64,000 bases of DNA from Protoeuglena noctilucae. Taxonomy: Eukaryota. The stretch covers positions 1,240,001 to 1,304,000 of the forward strand of contig OY253672.1 of the NCBI GenBank assembly GCA_958009085.1. The letters run 5' to 3'. The notes below the pieces were generated by a model. The model saw only the letters and a list, made by a program, of their open reading frames with translations. It had not been told where the DNA came from and did no database searches. Position numbers and translations under genes: made by a program. Shown here in pieces: positions 1 to 12,898 of this stretch. Every line of letters starts with the position of its first letter. Within the stretch, counting starts at the first letter, position 1.

Positions 1-1709
1 CTCACCGCAAACGTGGTCTCGTCGCTGCCCGCCATGGCGATGTCATTGGTGAGGCAGTACGACAGGTCCACGACCAGGGCCTGCGTCCCTAGCAGCGCCG
101 TAAGGCACCCCAGCACTGCGCGGGCGGAACGCAGGGGCGGGTGCTTAGATGCGGTGTTGTCATGCCGCTGCATCGGCCAACACCCCTCCCGTGTCGCCAC
201 TCGCACCGTTCTGTACGATGCCGGTCAGTGGAGACGCAGCCAGGCCTGGCAGTGCCCTGGTCATACCCTCGAGGATATGCAGTTGGGTGCGGCAGTACGG
301 ACGGGGGCAGGCATGCTTGGGATCCTTGTGCTCTTTGCGGGGGTGCGCAGTGAGCCCCAAAGACATGCACACGGCGCAACTCTCGTCTTCGTCCGTTTCT
401 CGGTCCGTCCACGACCCCGGGTAGCCCTCTGCGCGGCACGAAACGCCCCTGATGAGATAAGGAGGAGTGGCGCAGACGGGCCAGCACCCAGCCGCGCACG
501 CCCACGCACCGATCAACAGGCACAGCGTCTCCAGAGTGTGTAGAGATTCCTTGGTTAGACCCGTCCGCTCGATCTGCATGCGCACGTGCGCCCTGTTCAG
601 TGCAACACGCTCTGTGCGGCAGCCCATCCCATCGCAAGGCATCCGGCTGCCGCAGGGCGTACCTCGCTCAGACAGTGCCGGATGAGGGCGTCGAAGGTCT
701 CCGGGTACCCCCTAGCGCAGTAGTCGGGGACGGGGAGCAAGTGGACGCGGAGCAGCAGGGCGAAGTCCTTGTAAGCTGGCATGTCCGGGGAAAGGGAGGT
801 CAGTCCCAGCCAGCACATGTCAAACAGGGTCCGCGCCACGCGCAGGAGGCGCCGGGGTTTGCCCGCTGCGTCCCCATCTGCGTTCGTTACGGCCTCCCGC
901 AGCAGCCGGATGAGCGAGGCGTCCGGGCCCCTCTTCTTGTTCTGGGATTTCTCCAGTTCCGCTTCGCACGCGGCGCAGATCTTCTTCACCAGGTTATGCC
1001 ACGACTCGACGGGGGAAGGGCTTCCTGCGAGGGAGGGGAGGGGCGGGCGGGCGTGGTGAAGGCGCTTGCAGGGACAGACGGCAGGCATCAGACCTGTTGG
1101 CCAGTCCGCACGCTCACGGCGCCCTTTGGAGCCGGCACCGCAGTGCCGGCGGGCGCCGGCATTCGGATCGACGGGCTGCAGCGGTCATCATATGCACGCT
1201 GCAAGCGCGGGGGCCCACGCGCAGCAGGGCTGCCGCGGCACCTCGGCTTGAAAACCACTCTCAGCGAAAAGATCGTCACCGGGCAAGCCCTCGGATTTGG
1301 CTACGTATCGTCAAGGACGCCGCGGCGGCCATGCGCGGGTGGGCGAAACATGTTTGCCAGGCCCGAGCCCGCCGGGGGCCCGACTCTGCCCCAGGCGTCC
1401 GGGCTGGCGGAGGAGTGCAACGCGCCCCAACCGATTCCATATATGCCCGGTCACAGTGGGAGGAGCCTTGACTTCCGGCTCCCCCAAGAGGGCATCGGGC
1501 GGGGAAAACACAGCTCGCTTTGCAGGCGATGGGTGGGCTGTGCTCGGCGCCGACGACCATGTACCTGCTCTGAGCTCCAGCGCGTTCTTATGGAGGATCG
1601 CGACCTCGTTGGGCCGATGCAGGTAGGCCTGAAGCTCTGCGGTGGCCTCACGGCGATCGCGGAGTTTGTCTGACGCGAGGGCCTCCAAGAGGCGCTTGAT
1701 GCGAGACAT
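1..1709 (-). CDS. ATM: Serine/threonine kinase ATM (Tel1), N-terminal part; gene runs off the window start; spliced
   Basis: Exon 1 MSRIKRLLEALASDKLRDRREATAELQAYL fits the TAN motif (LxSDKxxxR). The next exon ESWHNLVKKICAACEAEL...LLRVARTLF...LLRVHLLPVPDY parallels the plant ATM N-terminus. Intron 1 spans about 1028-1563. The kinase domain lies outside the window. Confidence 0.75.
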
Positions 1710-2185
1710 GGTGCGCAGCCCTCTCTTCCCCGAGCACTACGCGCATCATCTGAGCATCTCCATGCTCCAGATGTGCGTCGCGCTGGGTGGAGTCGGTAAA
1801 CACATGGACGTCTAGGGCGGGGGAGCTGCTCGCGATGCACGCCGAGCGGGCACAGAGATCGGCGGCGCGGGCCGTCTTGTGAGCTTTCAGAGGTCAAGGA
1901 TTTCCCTCCATCCAGCGAAACGGTCAGTTCACGGGCATTCCAGGCACTGGCGCTCAGCCGTCAGTGTGTGCACCGCCTGGGGATCGCCAAAACGCGTGCA
2001 GTGGGAGCACGAGAACGCGACGGCGGGACAGAAGTGCGGCTGCAACATCAACGCATCCTAAACGCTCGCCCGCGACCCACGTAACCCCTCGGCTATCTTG
2101 CGGCCGCTTGAGAGCGAAGCAAACCGAATATTTCGTCAATTGAGCACACCTCTAGCGTTCACTGTGACTTGAGCTAGCCGCGTCC

Positions 2186-3717
2186 ATGTTCGCCACCGCG
2201 TTTACGGCGGGATGGCCTGCAGCCACCGCAGCCACCGCTGATGGGCCGCGCAGACACCTGGCGCCGGCCGAGGCGACGCGCGCGTCATTCGTCAGGGGAC
2301 GGTGCTTTGCTCGGACGACGCAGAGCTCGAGACGCCGCCTGACATGCGAAGGTGAGATGCGCGTGACACGTGCTGCCGGCTTGCGAGGCAAGCCCCCAGT
2401 CCCGACACGGCCGCCGGCGCTGTGCTTGCACCTCAGCCACCATCATCGATGGCAAGGCCACGCATCAGTCGATCAAGGACGAGATCAAAGCAGAGGTGGA
2501 GCAGCTGCAGGCCAAGTACGGCAAGGCAAGTCGCAAGCGTGGAAAGGGCTGGGCTGTTCGCACGCGAGGCGCGGGATCTGGCGCGGCTAGTTGCGGGACA
2601 CGTCATCCACACGCCGAGGGTGCGCCGCAGAGGCCAGGGCTGGCGGTCGTGCTGGTGGGCGAGCGCAAGGACTCGCAAGCGTACGTTAAGAGCAAGAAGA
2701 AGGGCTGCGACGAGTGCGGCATTGTGTCCTTCGGCACGAACCTCCCCGAGACAGCCACGGGTGCGGGGCGCGTCGCGGCGAGGGCGCCGGGCCTCGGCGC
2801 CACAGGCACGGGCGCAGCGCATGCCTCGACGGCCCTCGCTGCGCCACGCTCGCAGAAGAGGAGGTGCTGGAGGTGGTGCGCAAGTACAACGAGGACCCCG
2901 CGGTGCACGGCATCCTCGTGCAGCTGCCCCTGCCCAAGCACGTCAACGAGCAGCGTGTGCTGGAGGCCATTTCCATTGAGAAAGACGTGGATGGGTTCCA
3001 CCCTCTCAACATAGGCATGCTGGCCATGCGGGGCAGGGACCCCTTGTACGTGCCGTGCACTCCCAGGGGCTGCATTGAGCTGCTGGAGCGGTACAAGATA
3101 CCCATCGCCGGCAAGGTGAGCCCCCGCGAGGTTGGCGACATCAAAACCCCTTTCCTTCCGGGGGTGGGCTCCATGGAAGTTCTCGCGTGTGCACATGACC
3201 GCGCAATCCCTGCTGCTCCCGCCCGCAGAAGGCGGTGGTGGTGGGGCGGTCCAACATCGTGGGGCTTCCCGCGGCGCTCCTGCTGCAACGGAGGGACGCG
3301 ACGGTCACCGTGGTCCACTCGCGGACTCCGGAGCCCGAGAAGATCATTCGAGAGGCGGACATCGTGATTGCTGCGCTGGGGAAGGCCGAGTGGGTGCGTG
3401 GGAGCTGGCTCAAGCCGGGGTGCGCGGTCATCGACGTGGGCATCAACGCCGTGGACGATCCGGGAAGCAAGAAGGGGTACAAGCTCGTCGGGGACGTCAA
3501 CTACGCAGAGGCGGAGCCAGTGGCCGGGGGTGAGAGGGTGCCCAGGCACAGCTGCATGACATCAACACCTTGCATGGTCGCAGCCATGAGCACCGGTGCC
3601 TTCCCTGCGCTCGCAGCCATCACGCCCGTTCCCGGCGGGGTTGGGCCCATGACCATCGCCATGCTGCTCCGGAACACGGTGGACGGTGCGCGGCGGGCCT
3701 TCTCGTCCTCTCCCTAA
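2186..3717 (+). CDS. FOLD: Bifunctional methylenetetrahydrofolate dehydrogenase/cyclohydrolase (FolD), organellar; spliced
   Basis: Motifs [66 protein letters not shown] and [18 protein letters not shown]-terminal transit-peptide-like extension. Confidence 0.97.
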
Positions 3718-3822
3718 GTCTAGTTGATTTCAACAGCGCCCCGTTTGCTCCGGCGGACGCCCCCGGGTCTCTACCCAGCGAAGAAGCACACGCAAGGGTC
3801 ACCCGCAGCGCGTGCCCGGCGC

Positions 3823-4699
3823 CTAGAAGTCGAGGGCCCACTCCTTGAGGAGGCGGGCCTGCACCGTGCCCGAGTTGGACACCTGGGCCTCGGCGCGCAG
3901 CTCGCCCTTGCCGAGCACGTCCGAGGTGTTCTTGAGGCTGAGCACGAGGCGGTCGAACGCGTCGCTGCCGTTGCCCAGGTTGAGGTGCGCTGTGGCCTTG
4001 AGCTCGTTGTCGCTGTCAAGGCGGTAGGTGACTGTGGTGCGGTTGGCCTTGCGGCCCACGTCGAAGTCCATCTCGGCCGTCGTCTCCTCGTTGATCTTGT
4101 ACTTCAGGCCCAGCGTCGCGTTGTTGGCGTCCAGGCCGCGGAAGTTGGCCAGGTTGTAGCAGACGTGCGCATTCAGGTCGTCCGTCACGTCCACCCCGGC
4201 CTTCAGGCTGGACTGGTTCGCCCCGGGGTTGGCCGTGTACGTCAGGTTCACCTGCGAAGAAGGACGGGCCGGGGGATAACGCGGGTCAGCAAGTCGGTCA
4301 CACCAGCCTGGCCGCTGACGGCGCACCGCAGATGTCCGCGCGACGCACCAGCTTCTTGTTCACGTTCGCCTGGGTCTTGAGCTCCAGGTTGGCCGAGTCG
4401 TCGAGCAGCTGGTAGGACAGCGTGAAGTGGTCCTTCTTCTCCAAGACCAGGCGCGCCGACCGGTTGCTGACCTGGACGTCCTTGGCCCCGCGGCGGACCG
4501 TGGCGCCGGCCTCCAGGCGGACCTCGACGTCACTGTCCTCGTGGTTCAGCACGAGCTTCAGCCCTGCGAAGGGGGCGCGGCGGGAGGGCTCGGGACACCT
4601 TGGGGGGGGGCAGGCGGCGCCGGGGGCCGCGGCGGGCCTTGCCGGCCGCGTCGGGCCAGGGATGGCTCGAAAACGAAACGATCACGAACAAGGAGCCAT
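3823..4699 (-). CDS. OEP24: Chloroplast outer envelope beta-barrel pore protein, OEP24-like; 3 exons
   Basis: Spliced product MAPWLKLVLNH...LVLEKKDHFTLSYQL...NKKL|VNLTYTANPGANQSSLKAG...KEWALDF. It has alternating amphipathic beta-strands and a C-terminal aromatic residue. The central segment resembles the plant OEP24 VEKPGSFxxDY...KPLNLxY block (from memory). The 10-nt first coding exon is inferred. Confidence 0.65.
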
Positions 4700-5587
4700 C
4701 GCTTCGGCAAGGGGGCCGTCGCAGAGGCGCCGCCCGGCGAGTTGTTGAGGGTGGGAGACCGGTCCCGGCGCGCCGCGATGGCGCGGGGAGGGGGGCCACA
4801 AAGCCGCGCAGGGCGTTTGAAAGCGAAACTCCGAGCGGCGGGTGGAAGCATCGCGCCGGATAGGCCCCCCCCGCGCGCGCTAGCCAACGGCCAGCCTGGC
4901 GGGCAAGCGAGCTCGATCGAGGCCCCCCGCCCCCCCGCGGGGCCGGGACGGCCAAAAACCCGACTGCACAGTCTCGAATCTAGAGCCATCGAGCGATTTC
5001 TCAGGCCGGTGTGGGGCATCTGGGCGGGCAAAGGTGGGCGCCCTACGCGCGCCTTTTCCGGCGCAGGCGAGGGCCAGCGCGAGCCACGGAGGCGCGATTC
5101 CGCAAAATCGCCTCCCAAAGCAGGCCAGTACGAGCCGAGCTCCGTCGGGGAAGCCAGGAAAACGCGCTGGCCGGGGGAAGCGCCTTCGCGCGCGCCCGCT
5201 TCCCGCCTCGCTGGGGCTCACCCGGGTGCGCCGCCGCATTGTTGGCGACGTCAGTGCTGTCCGAAGACAGAGTGAGGTGGGGGGTGGCGCGGAACGACAC
5301 CATTTTTAATGGACTGGGCAGGGCCGGGGGGCAGACGGGGCGAAGAGGGGCGATCGATACTAGGAACTTGAGCGGCGGTCGGCAAGGTCGGGAGATTTCA
5401 GCTCGAGCGCAGAACGAGGGTGCCAGAGAAATGGTGTCACCGCCCGTAGGGCTGGGCGGGGGTTGCCGTCTTTCGACCAGCTGCGTACGACCACCCTTTT
5501 ACTGAAGTCCTGGGTGCGGTGCCGCCTGTCCCGGCCTGCAGCGGGCACCGGGAGCGTGTCAAACTCGACGGGGCGGGGCGGGGGAGG

Positions 5588-7328
5588 ATGTCGAGCCACC
5601 ACGAATGCGATGACGGCTATCGGATGCCTATCCACGAGTTGGGAGGCTCAGGGCCCGTCCTGCTGATCCTGCACGCGAATGGCTTCCACGGCCATGCGTA
5701 TCGGCCCATGGTGAGCTTTACTGACCCTTTGCTGACCTGCGCAGCCCCCAGCTCCGCCTCGCATCCAACCCCTGGCACGTTGCTTCGTCGCCAAATTGGA
5801 GCGCGACGCAAGTTGCCTCCTTTTTCCGCGCTCTGGGCGCAGGCCGAGGCGATTGAGGGGTACCGGTGCGTGGGCGTCGATTTGCGGGGCCATGGCGCGT
5901 GGACATCGCCGGCCTCCGTCTCCAGTCTCTGCTATAGGTGCGAAGCGACCTGCAGCGACCCCAATGGCCCATCCACTCGCGATGCTCGACACGGTCACAA
6001 CGCGTTCGGAAAGACCTCGCGTTCCCGCAGGCGCATGGCCCGGGACGTCCTGTCTCTGCTTGCGGCCCGCGGCTGGATGGGTCGGGCGTTCGCGTTCGGC
6101 CACTCCCTTGGCGGGTGCGTGGCCGCGCACGCACAGGTCATGCATCCGGGGTGCTTCGCGGGCCTCTACCTGTACGAGCCTGTCATCGCGACTCCCAGCA
6201 CCCTGGGCCGGTACTTCGAGGCCCAAGGGGCCGCGGCGCCGAGTGAGGGAGGAGATGGCACCGCGCAGCACGCGCTCGCCGCCCCGGCCGTGGTGGTGGA
6301 GCCTCGGGTGGACGGCGCTTGGGAGGACCGGGCCTGGGAGCTGGCGGTGAGGGACTAAGCGGTGCCGACGACCCGCTGCTTTGCGGGTGGCAGTGCTTGG
6401 CGATATGCTCATGCCCTCGCTGGCCGCTGGTGGCAGCAGTGGCCCTTGGGACTCTTCACAACCCCCACGTCCTCCCCAGGGGTCGCTGATGGGCGAAGTC
6501 GTCTTGGCAGCCTCGGCCTTGTCCCGGCGTGACCGCTTCCGAAGCGTGGACGATGCCATAGCCACGCTGGGTGCTGTCAAGCCGTACAAGTTCATGCAGC
6601 GGTGAGCCAAGGCACCGGGTGTTGAGCGAGGGCCAGGCGCAGCCACTGGCAGTGAGAAACCAATCCCGGCGTCGCGGTGGGCGCGTGCGCAGGCGTGCGT
6701 TGGAGGAATATGTGAGGCACGGGGTGCGGCCGACGGCGGACGGGGAGGTGGAGCTGAGTTGTCGACGGGAGACGGAGGCTCGCGGGTACTTGCTGATGGA
6801 GTCGCAGATTGCTTTCCAACTATTCGAGGTGCGGGGCAGCAGCGTACGAGTGTGCTGCAACCGCGTCCTCTGTGGGAGCCCAGGGTGTCTGCTTCTGGCG
6901 TACCGCTGCGTGGACACCACCTGTGCGCCTCATCTCATATCTCATCTCGCATCTCATATCTCCGCATCTCATATCTGCAGCGAATGGCCGGTATCCGCTG
7001 CCCGGTGGTGGTGGCTCGCGGCGAGGTGGTGAAGAGCGTCCACGGCATGGTGAGCTCGACTGCGCAAGCAGCTGCACGTGTCCCAAGCGTCCCACCCTGG
7101 GCAGCCTCCAACACACGCCCGCCCTTGCGGCCGCAGCTGGCCCGCAGCGCCCACTTCATCTCGGCACAAGTGCCTTTGGGGAGGTCCGTCTGCTTCCCTG
7201 GTTTGTACCACCTGGGCCCTTTCGAGGACCCCGGGGCCGTGGGCCGCAGCATCCGCGCCTTCCTTGATACCTGTGGCACAGATTCTGCGACCAGGACCCC
7301 ACCAGACGCGCCTCACAGCCGCATGTAG
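5588..7328 (+). CDS. Alpha/beta-hydrolase (abhydrolase_6-like) with C-terminal PTS1 (SRM); spliced
   Basis: HANGFHG oxyanion motif, VDLRGHG, nucleophile elbow GHSLGG, LYEPVI and catalytic His in GLYHLGPFEDP. Ends ...PHSRM*. Confidence 0.9.
6930..6977. repeat. Short imperfect (CATCT/ATATCT) tandem repeat in an intron of the hydrolase gene
   Basis: tcatctcatatctcatctcgcatctcatatctccgcatctcatatctg lies immediately before the CAG acceptor. Confidence 0.7.
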
Positions 7329-7531
7329 CACAACGGACTCTTCGAACAGGAACTCCTTTTCCTCTTCGACATAGGTTAGATGCGATTAGATGCGATAGGG
7401 CGCGCAGTACTGCCCCACGCTTGGTTCCGTAACTACGGACGAAATCCGCATAGACTAGTATCATAAAGGGCTGAAACTGCGCAAGACGACGCATGGCGTG
7501 GCAGGCTGAGCGGATAGCGACCCTAGCTTGA

Positions 7532-10500
7532 TCACGGCCCCGCGCGCTCCGGGCCAGCGATGGCTCGGCGCGTCTGCATGAGCGTACGGAGGACCGTGCG
7601 AACCTGCCGGGCGTCAGCCTTGGCGACTGCCTCGAGCAACGGCGCCATGCTCCCCGGCATCTCCGCCTCCGATGCGCGCCCGACGGCCTCGAGTGCCGCG
7701 AGCACTGCGTCACCCGCGATGCAGTGCAGGTTCTTGAGGGTGGAGGCCGCCTCGCTTGTCAACTGCCACACTCCCGCGTCCCGGACGTCCAGCGAACGGT
7801 CCAAGAGGCTCCCCAGGCAGCACTGGCCCGCCACGTGCCGCACGGCCCACTCACGCATGCCCGGCAGCGCCTGCAGAGGAGACGGCGGCTGGCAGCCTCG
7901 CCACACGCTAGACAAGGGCGCCGACCTTGCGGATAGCTACTCATACGCCCGCATCTCACCTCCGTCCCGTCCTGCCGGCACCAAGCCTGCGCCAACAGCC
8001 CCAGCGTCTGCAGGCACGTCCTCCGCACCAGAGGGTCGACGTGGATGGTGGCTCCCAGTTCCAAGGCCTTAATGCACTCGTTCCGGACCTCGTCGCCCTG
8101 CAGGGCAACGAGTCCAACGGTCGCTGCCACGTCGCATGCAAGAGCCACCCCAGGGCGCCTGGCCCACAAGTGCCATCAATACCCCGCATGCGCCTCACCA
8201 CTTTCAGTAGCACGTTGTCCAGTCCCTGAGCAGCGAGGCACTGGAGAGAGGAGAAGAAACACCTCTGCACCTCTCCCTGCTCCCGCCTGTCCTCCGAGAG
8301 GGCCGCCATGGACATCTGCTGCCCAGCCACGGACGACGGCGGGGCAGTGGACGTGCGCCCGGCCCAGTCGAAGTCGGGCGGGAGCAGGTCGCGGACGCGG
8401 GCCGCCGCGAGCGGGAGCGCCTGCACCATGAGGTCCTCGACGAGCCCTCGGAAGCGCATGACGAGCTGGTTGGCCAGGCCGACGTACTCGCACACGTCCA
8501 CGGCGTCGACCCCCGGCGCCAGCAGCACCTCCATGAGGCGCGCCGCGGCTGGGAGCATGCGCGGGCCCAGGCACTCGACCATGCGGTGCACGAACGCCAC
8601 GGCGCGCCGGACGATGTCCTTGTCTCTCCGGAGCCTCTGCGCCACCACCAGGGCGCTGTCCACCTGCCGTAACAGCTGCGCACCCACGGCGGGGCGCTGC
8701 GAGTTGGTCAGGCCGGCGGGGAAGCCCTTGCTGAAGTACCCCGCCGCCTGCAGGGCCTGCGCCAGCTTGGAGGTGTCGGCGGCGGACGGGGTGGCCGGCC
8801 GGAGGCACTCGTTCACTGCACGGGCGGTGGGGTGAACATCGGTCACACAGGGGCGGACGTCAGTCGGACAGACACATTGCTTAAGCACCACAGGCGCCAG
8901 TCGCCCTCCTTGGCTCCACCACCCCGCCCCACTTACTCTGTCCCACGATCCGGTCCACCACAGCCGTGACCACCACGAGCTGGTCGGACTCCGGCACGTC
9001 TTCCTGGCCCAGCAGGTACCCCAGTGCCTCGAACACGTACAAGCGGTGGTCCGTGGCTGAGGGGAGCGTCCCCGGCGCCGCGCCTCCGATCCCAGGGAGC
9101 CCCACGGTCGGCGCCACGGGTCGCGAGGGTGATGGGGCCGAGCCGTCGGCGGCCAGCGGCGAGGAGAGGGCGTCCGTCATGATGCCCTCGAGCTGCGCGA
9201 GGATCGCAGGGAGGTGCGGGCGCAGGGCGGCCCGAAGCGCCTTGCATAGCCGCATGAAGAGGTACGTGCTGCGGGAGGCCACGATGGGGTGCGTGCTGTG
9301 CAGGCCCCGTTCGGTGAAGAAGGCGAGGACGGAGAGGACGAGGTCGGGCTCGGCCTGGGCCACGCGAGCGTATCGCACGAAGCACTCCAGCGTCGCCAGG
9401 GTCACGGCCCGGTCGTCGGCGCGGGGCACGGGGCCACGCATCAGGTGGGCCGCGAGGGCGCCCAGGGGCCTGCGGGCCAAGCGACGGTGCAGAGTGGGTG
9501 TTGGGGCGGCTCCCCAGGCACGCTGTTGCTGGTCTGTCGGCCCTCCAGGTCAGGTCCCACCCCTGACAGCTTGCTGCGCATGTAAGGTGACGTTTCTCAA
9601 ACGAGATTACGAGACATAGCAATGACTCACCCCGTGCCCTTCATGGCCTCCTCGGGTGCACCCTCCCCGAGGCTGTACAGCAGACTGACAGCGATCTCGA
9701 CTTCCTGCAAGCGCAAAGTTCCATGGGATGCGATGGGCGAGTCGTTGCGGAGCCAAGACCTGCTACCGAAGTCAGCTAAGCTACGCAATTGGCGCGTGCC
9801 TAGAGCGCCGCCAGCGCGTGGGCCCCAACGACGCCCGCGCCTGCTGTCAGACAGTACGAATACTTTTGGCTCAAGCCCCAGCACCTGACGGTGTCGGCGA
9901 ACCGAGTCTGTCATCATCCAGCACCTGCTGATTGGCAGGCCTATGCCTTATAAGCGAGGCAGCCACCAAAGGCCCCGGCATCCGCACCTGGGGCGTTGCG
10001 CGTTCTTGCATCTGCATAGCACGCTGAATCAACGACCCCGTGAACGCCACCGCCTCCCCCCACGCCACCCTGGCGGCGTTCTGCAGGGAGCACGAGCCAA
10101 GACAGCCTCGCATGCACATCGCGCCGCGTGCACCCTCGGCCAGCCCCGTCACGTGCGCTCCCCCTTCCTGACCCGCAACCCTCAGCCGCGACGTCACGCA
10201 CCTTGAACAGCGTCAGCAGTTCCCGCCGCACGTCCCCAGCCTCGGAGTCGTTGAGAACCGTGTCGTCGGCCGAGGCGTCGTCCGCACTGAGAAGGTCGTC
10301 CGGGACCTGAGGAGCGGGAAGCAGGAAGAGCGAGGAATCGACAACAAACTTGACAGTAGATGACAAGTGGACCATATAAAGGGTCCGGTCCACTCTTTGG
10401 GGCGCAGGGATAGTCAGCGCGTTGCTGGCGTGGTATTATCTGCTCTGCCGCGTCCTTGCTGAGCATCACCTGCGCCTTCACGGCGACGCCCTCAAAGATG

Positions 10501-12587
10501 GCGCGCAGGTGACCCACTTGCGAAGGCGTCAACTCCCTCTGTCCCTGGATGCGCTTCAACCGAGCCACTGCGGAGGGCAATGACAATGCTTAACCTTGCA
10601 ATGAGGCCTCGTCCATCGCAACAGCAACAATTGTCCAGTCACTCTCCGGCACAGGTAAGCACTGGCAGAAGCATGTGTACAGGCAGAGAACCTACGCGCA
10701 GAGCATTCGTCTCAAGCCCATGCCAGGCTCAGGCACCGCGCACGCCCCTCACCGTACGTTTGGAGGAAGGTCACGACGGGCGCAGAGAGGTCGTCGTCCG
10801 GCACGCGCATCGCCTGCAGGATCGCGGGCATGAGCTGCTCCAGGAGGGCACACGCGCCCGCCGCCTCTCGCTCGGCGTCCCGGCACGCCTCCTCGTTGAT
10901 GCTGAGGCCCACGGCCATGAGACCCTGCACGGAGTTCTCCACACGCTTCCACGCCTCGAGCACCTCCCCCGCGAGCGTCGCCAGCAGCTGCCCCACGCGG
11001 CCCGGCATCTCCACGTCCGTGGCCTTGACGGGGAGCGACTGCGGGCGCACGTGAATAGCGCATGCCGTGTTGTCGATGCGCTGTCACTGTCTTGCACGCG
11101 ATCTCCGCGAGCACCCGGCACGGTCAGCGGGTTGCCGAGGCAGATCGGGGTGGTGCAAGCCCAGTCAGCCCCTCTCACCCCGTTGAAGGCTCCCCAGGTG
11201 GTGCAGAGCGGAACGATCCCCAGCTGCCGGATGATCTCGACCTTGGCCGGCGCCTCCATCCGCTTCTGGAGTATCTCGATCGCAACGTCGCACGCCGCCA
11301 CGCGGCACGCCTCCGAGGACCCATCCCTCACCAGCGACAGCAGGAGAGGAGCAAACTCCTCGTTCGCCACTGCAAGAGGGCACGCGAAGGGACACTCGGA
11401 TGCCTCACCGACATCCCCGCCCGCCCCAGCCAAGCATCCCTGCCGCTGCTGAGGCGTGGAGCAGTCGGCACGCACCCAGGCTGATGTCGATCCAGTTGAC
11501 GTAGAGTTTGACCGTGTCGAGGATGGCCGCAGCCACGTCCGGGTGTCGAGCGTGGTGCAGGTGCAGGAGCTCGTACCACGCTCGCGCCACCTGCACCGCC
11601 ACGCCACAAACCTCTCGTCAGCGGCAGCACGTGCCGGCCACGGCCGTCAGATGCAGCCACAAGAAGTGAAACGTGACACTCATTCTGCCCTCTGCCCTCG
11701 CTGTCGCGCAGTTGGTTGCGACGCACGACACGCGGCTCACCCTCCCGATGCACGCCTCGCGCATGGCGTCTTTGAACTCCATGGACCGCCGGGACTCCTC
11801 TTGCGACCGCGGGATGTCAAGCGAGATGATGTCCGAGTCCAATGCCTTCATCACGCGGCAGAAGGCCAGCACCTGCGACGGCCCACCCGCCGCCAGCCCT
11901 GCAAGTGGAGTGCACGAACGGCTTCGCGACGGCCCGCGCCATGGAAGCGCCGGCACCTGCGTACACCCGCTCGTGCGCCACTTACCGAGCAGATCATCGA
12001 AGAACTCGGGCCACCGTGCCGGGTACTCGTACCCCGCGACGAACGCGACGAGCTGCGCGACCTTGTTGGCCACGAACGGTGGCACGGGGGGGTCTGCCGT
12101 GGCGCAGAACCCCACCCAGCTCCACGACACCTGCTGGACGATTCGCTGCACGTTGCCGGGCATGGACCTCCAGTGAACGGTGGCGAGCTGCAGGCAGGAG
12201 AGGCGCAGGGCCTGGACCGCGGGCTCCGGGGCGCGAGGAGCCTGAGCGCGCGTCAAGTTGACACGACTTACCTCGAAGAGCGTCTTCGCGCACCAGAAAC
12301 GGACCTCCACATGGTCGGTGCGCGTGAACTTGTCGCAGCACAGCTCCCAGCAGCGTGCATCGGCCTTCACGCCCGCGATGAAGGCCTCGGCCTGGTCCTG
12401 GAGAAAGAAGAGAAGAACACGTTTGGCTGAGGATGAGTCGCTGGGCGGACCAACGAGCCGCAGGCGCGGGGCACGGCGGCTCCCGACAGTCGCCGCGCGC
12501 GGTCGCACTCGGCACCTTCCAGCTCTGTTCAAAGCGGCCATGCGAGTCCAGTGCGATGACAATCGCTTTCTCCACGTCGTCTGACAT
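7532..12587 (-). CDS. XPOT: Exportin-T (tRNA exportin; PAUSED/Los1); many exons
   Basis: MSDDVEKAIVI..., VRFWCAKTL, PPFVANKVAQLV...EYPARWPEFF, SMEFKDAMRE, YVNWIDISL, EVEIAVSLLYSLGE, LECFVRY, RSTYLFMRL and FVHRMVECLG are characteristic Xpo1/Exportin-T blocks. Confidence 0.93.
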
Positions 12588-12898
12588 TTCAGGCGCCCAT
12601 GCTGCCCCCGGGCCGGAGAGCGGCCGGCCCTTGACCCGGGCTTCCCCTCCGACGCAAGACCCCGCAACCTACGCTGTGCGATGGGCAGCTCTTGATCATC
12701 AAAGACGACTCGCATGCTGTGGACGGCCGCAAAGGCCGTGCAGGGTTGAAACACCTGACACGATTGCCCTGAAGCAGCTTTTACTCCCAGCGCCGCTCAG
12801 ACTTCACCAGGTAGTACATTGGCGACCCATAGCAGTGACGTGCGGCGTCCCGCTGTGGCCGTGAACGCACGTATCTGCACAAGCTCGCACAGCCGGCC

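Noticed and set aside
2388..2437. Possible GC donor for FolD intron 1
   Set aside because: A canonical in-phase G|GTGAGA donor at 2352 explains the junction.
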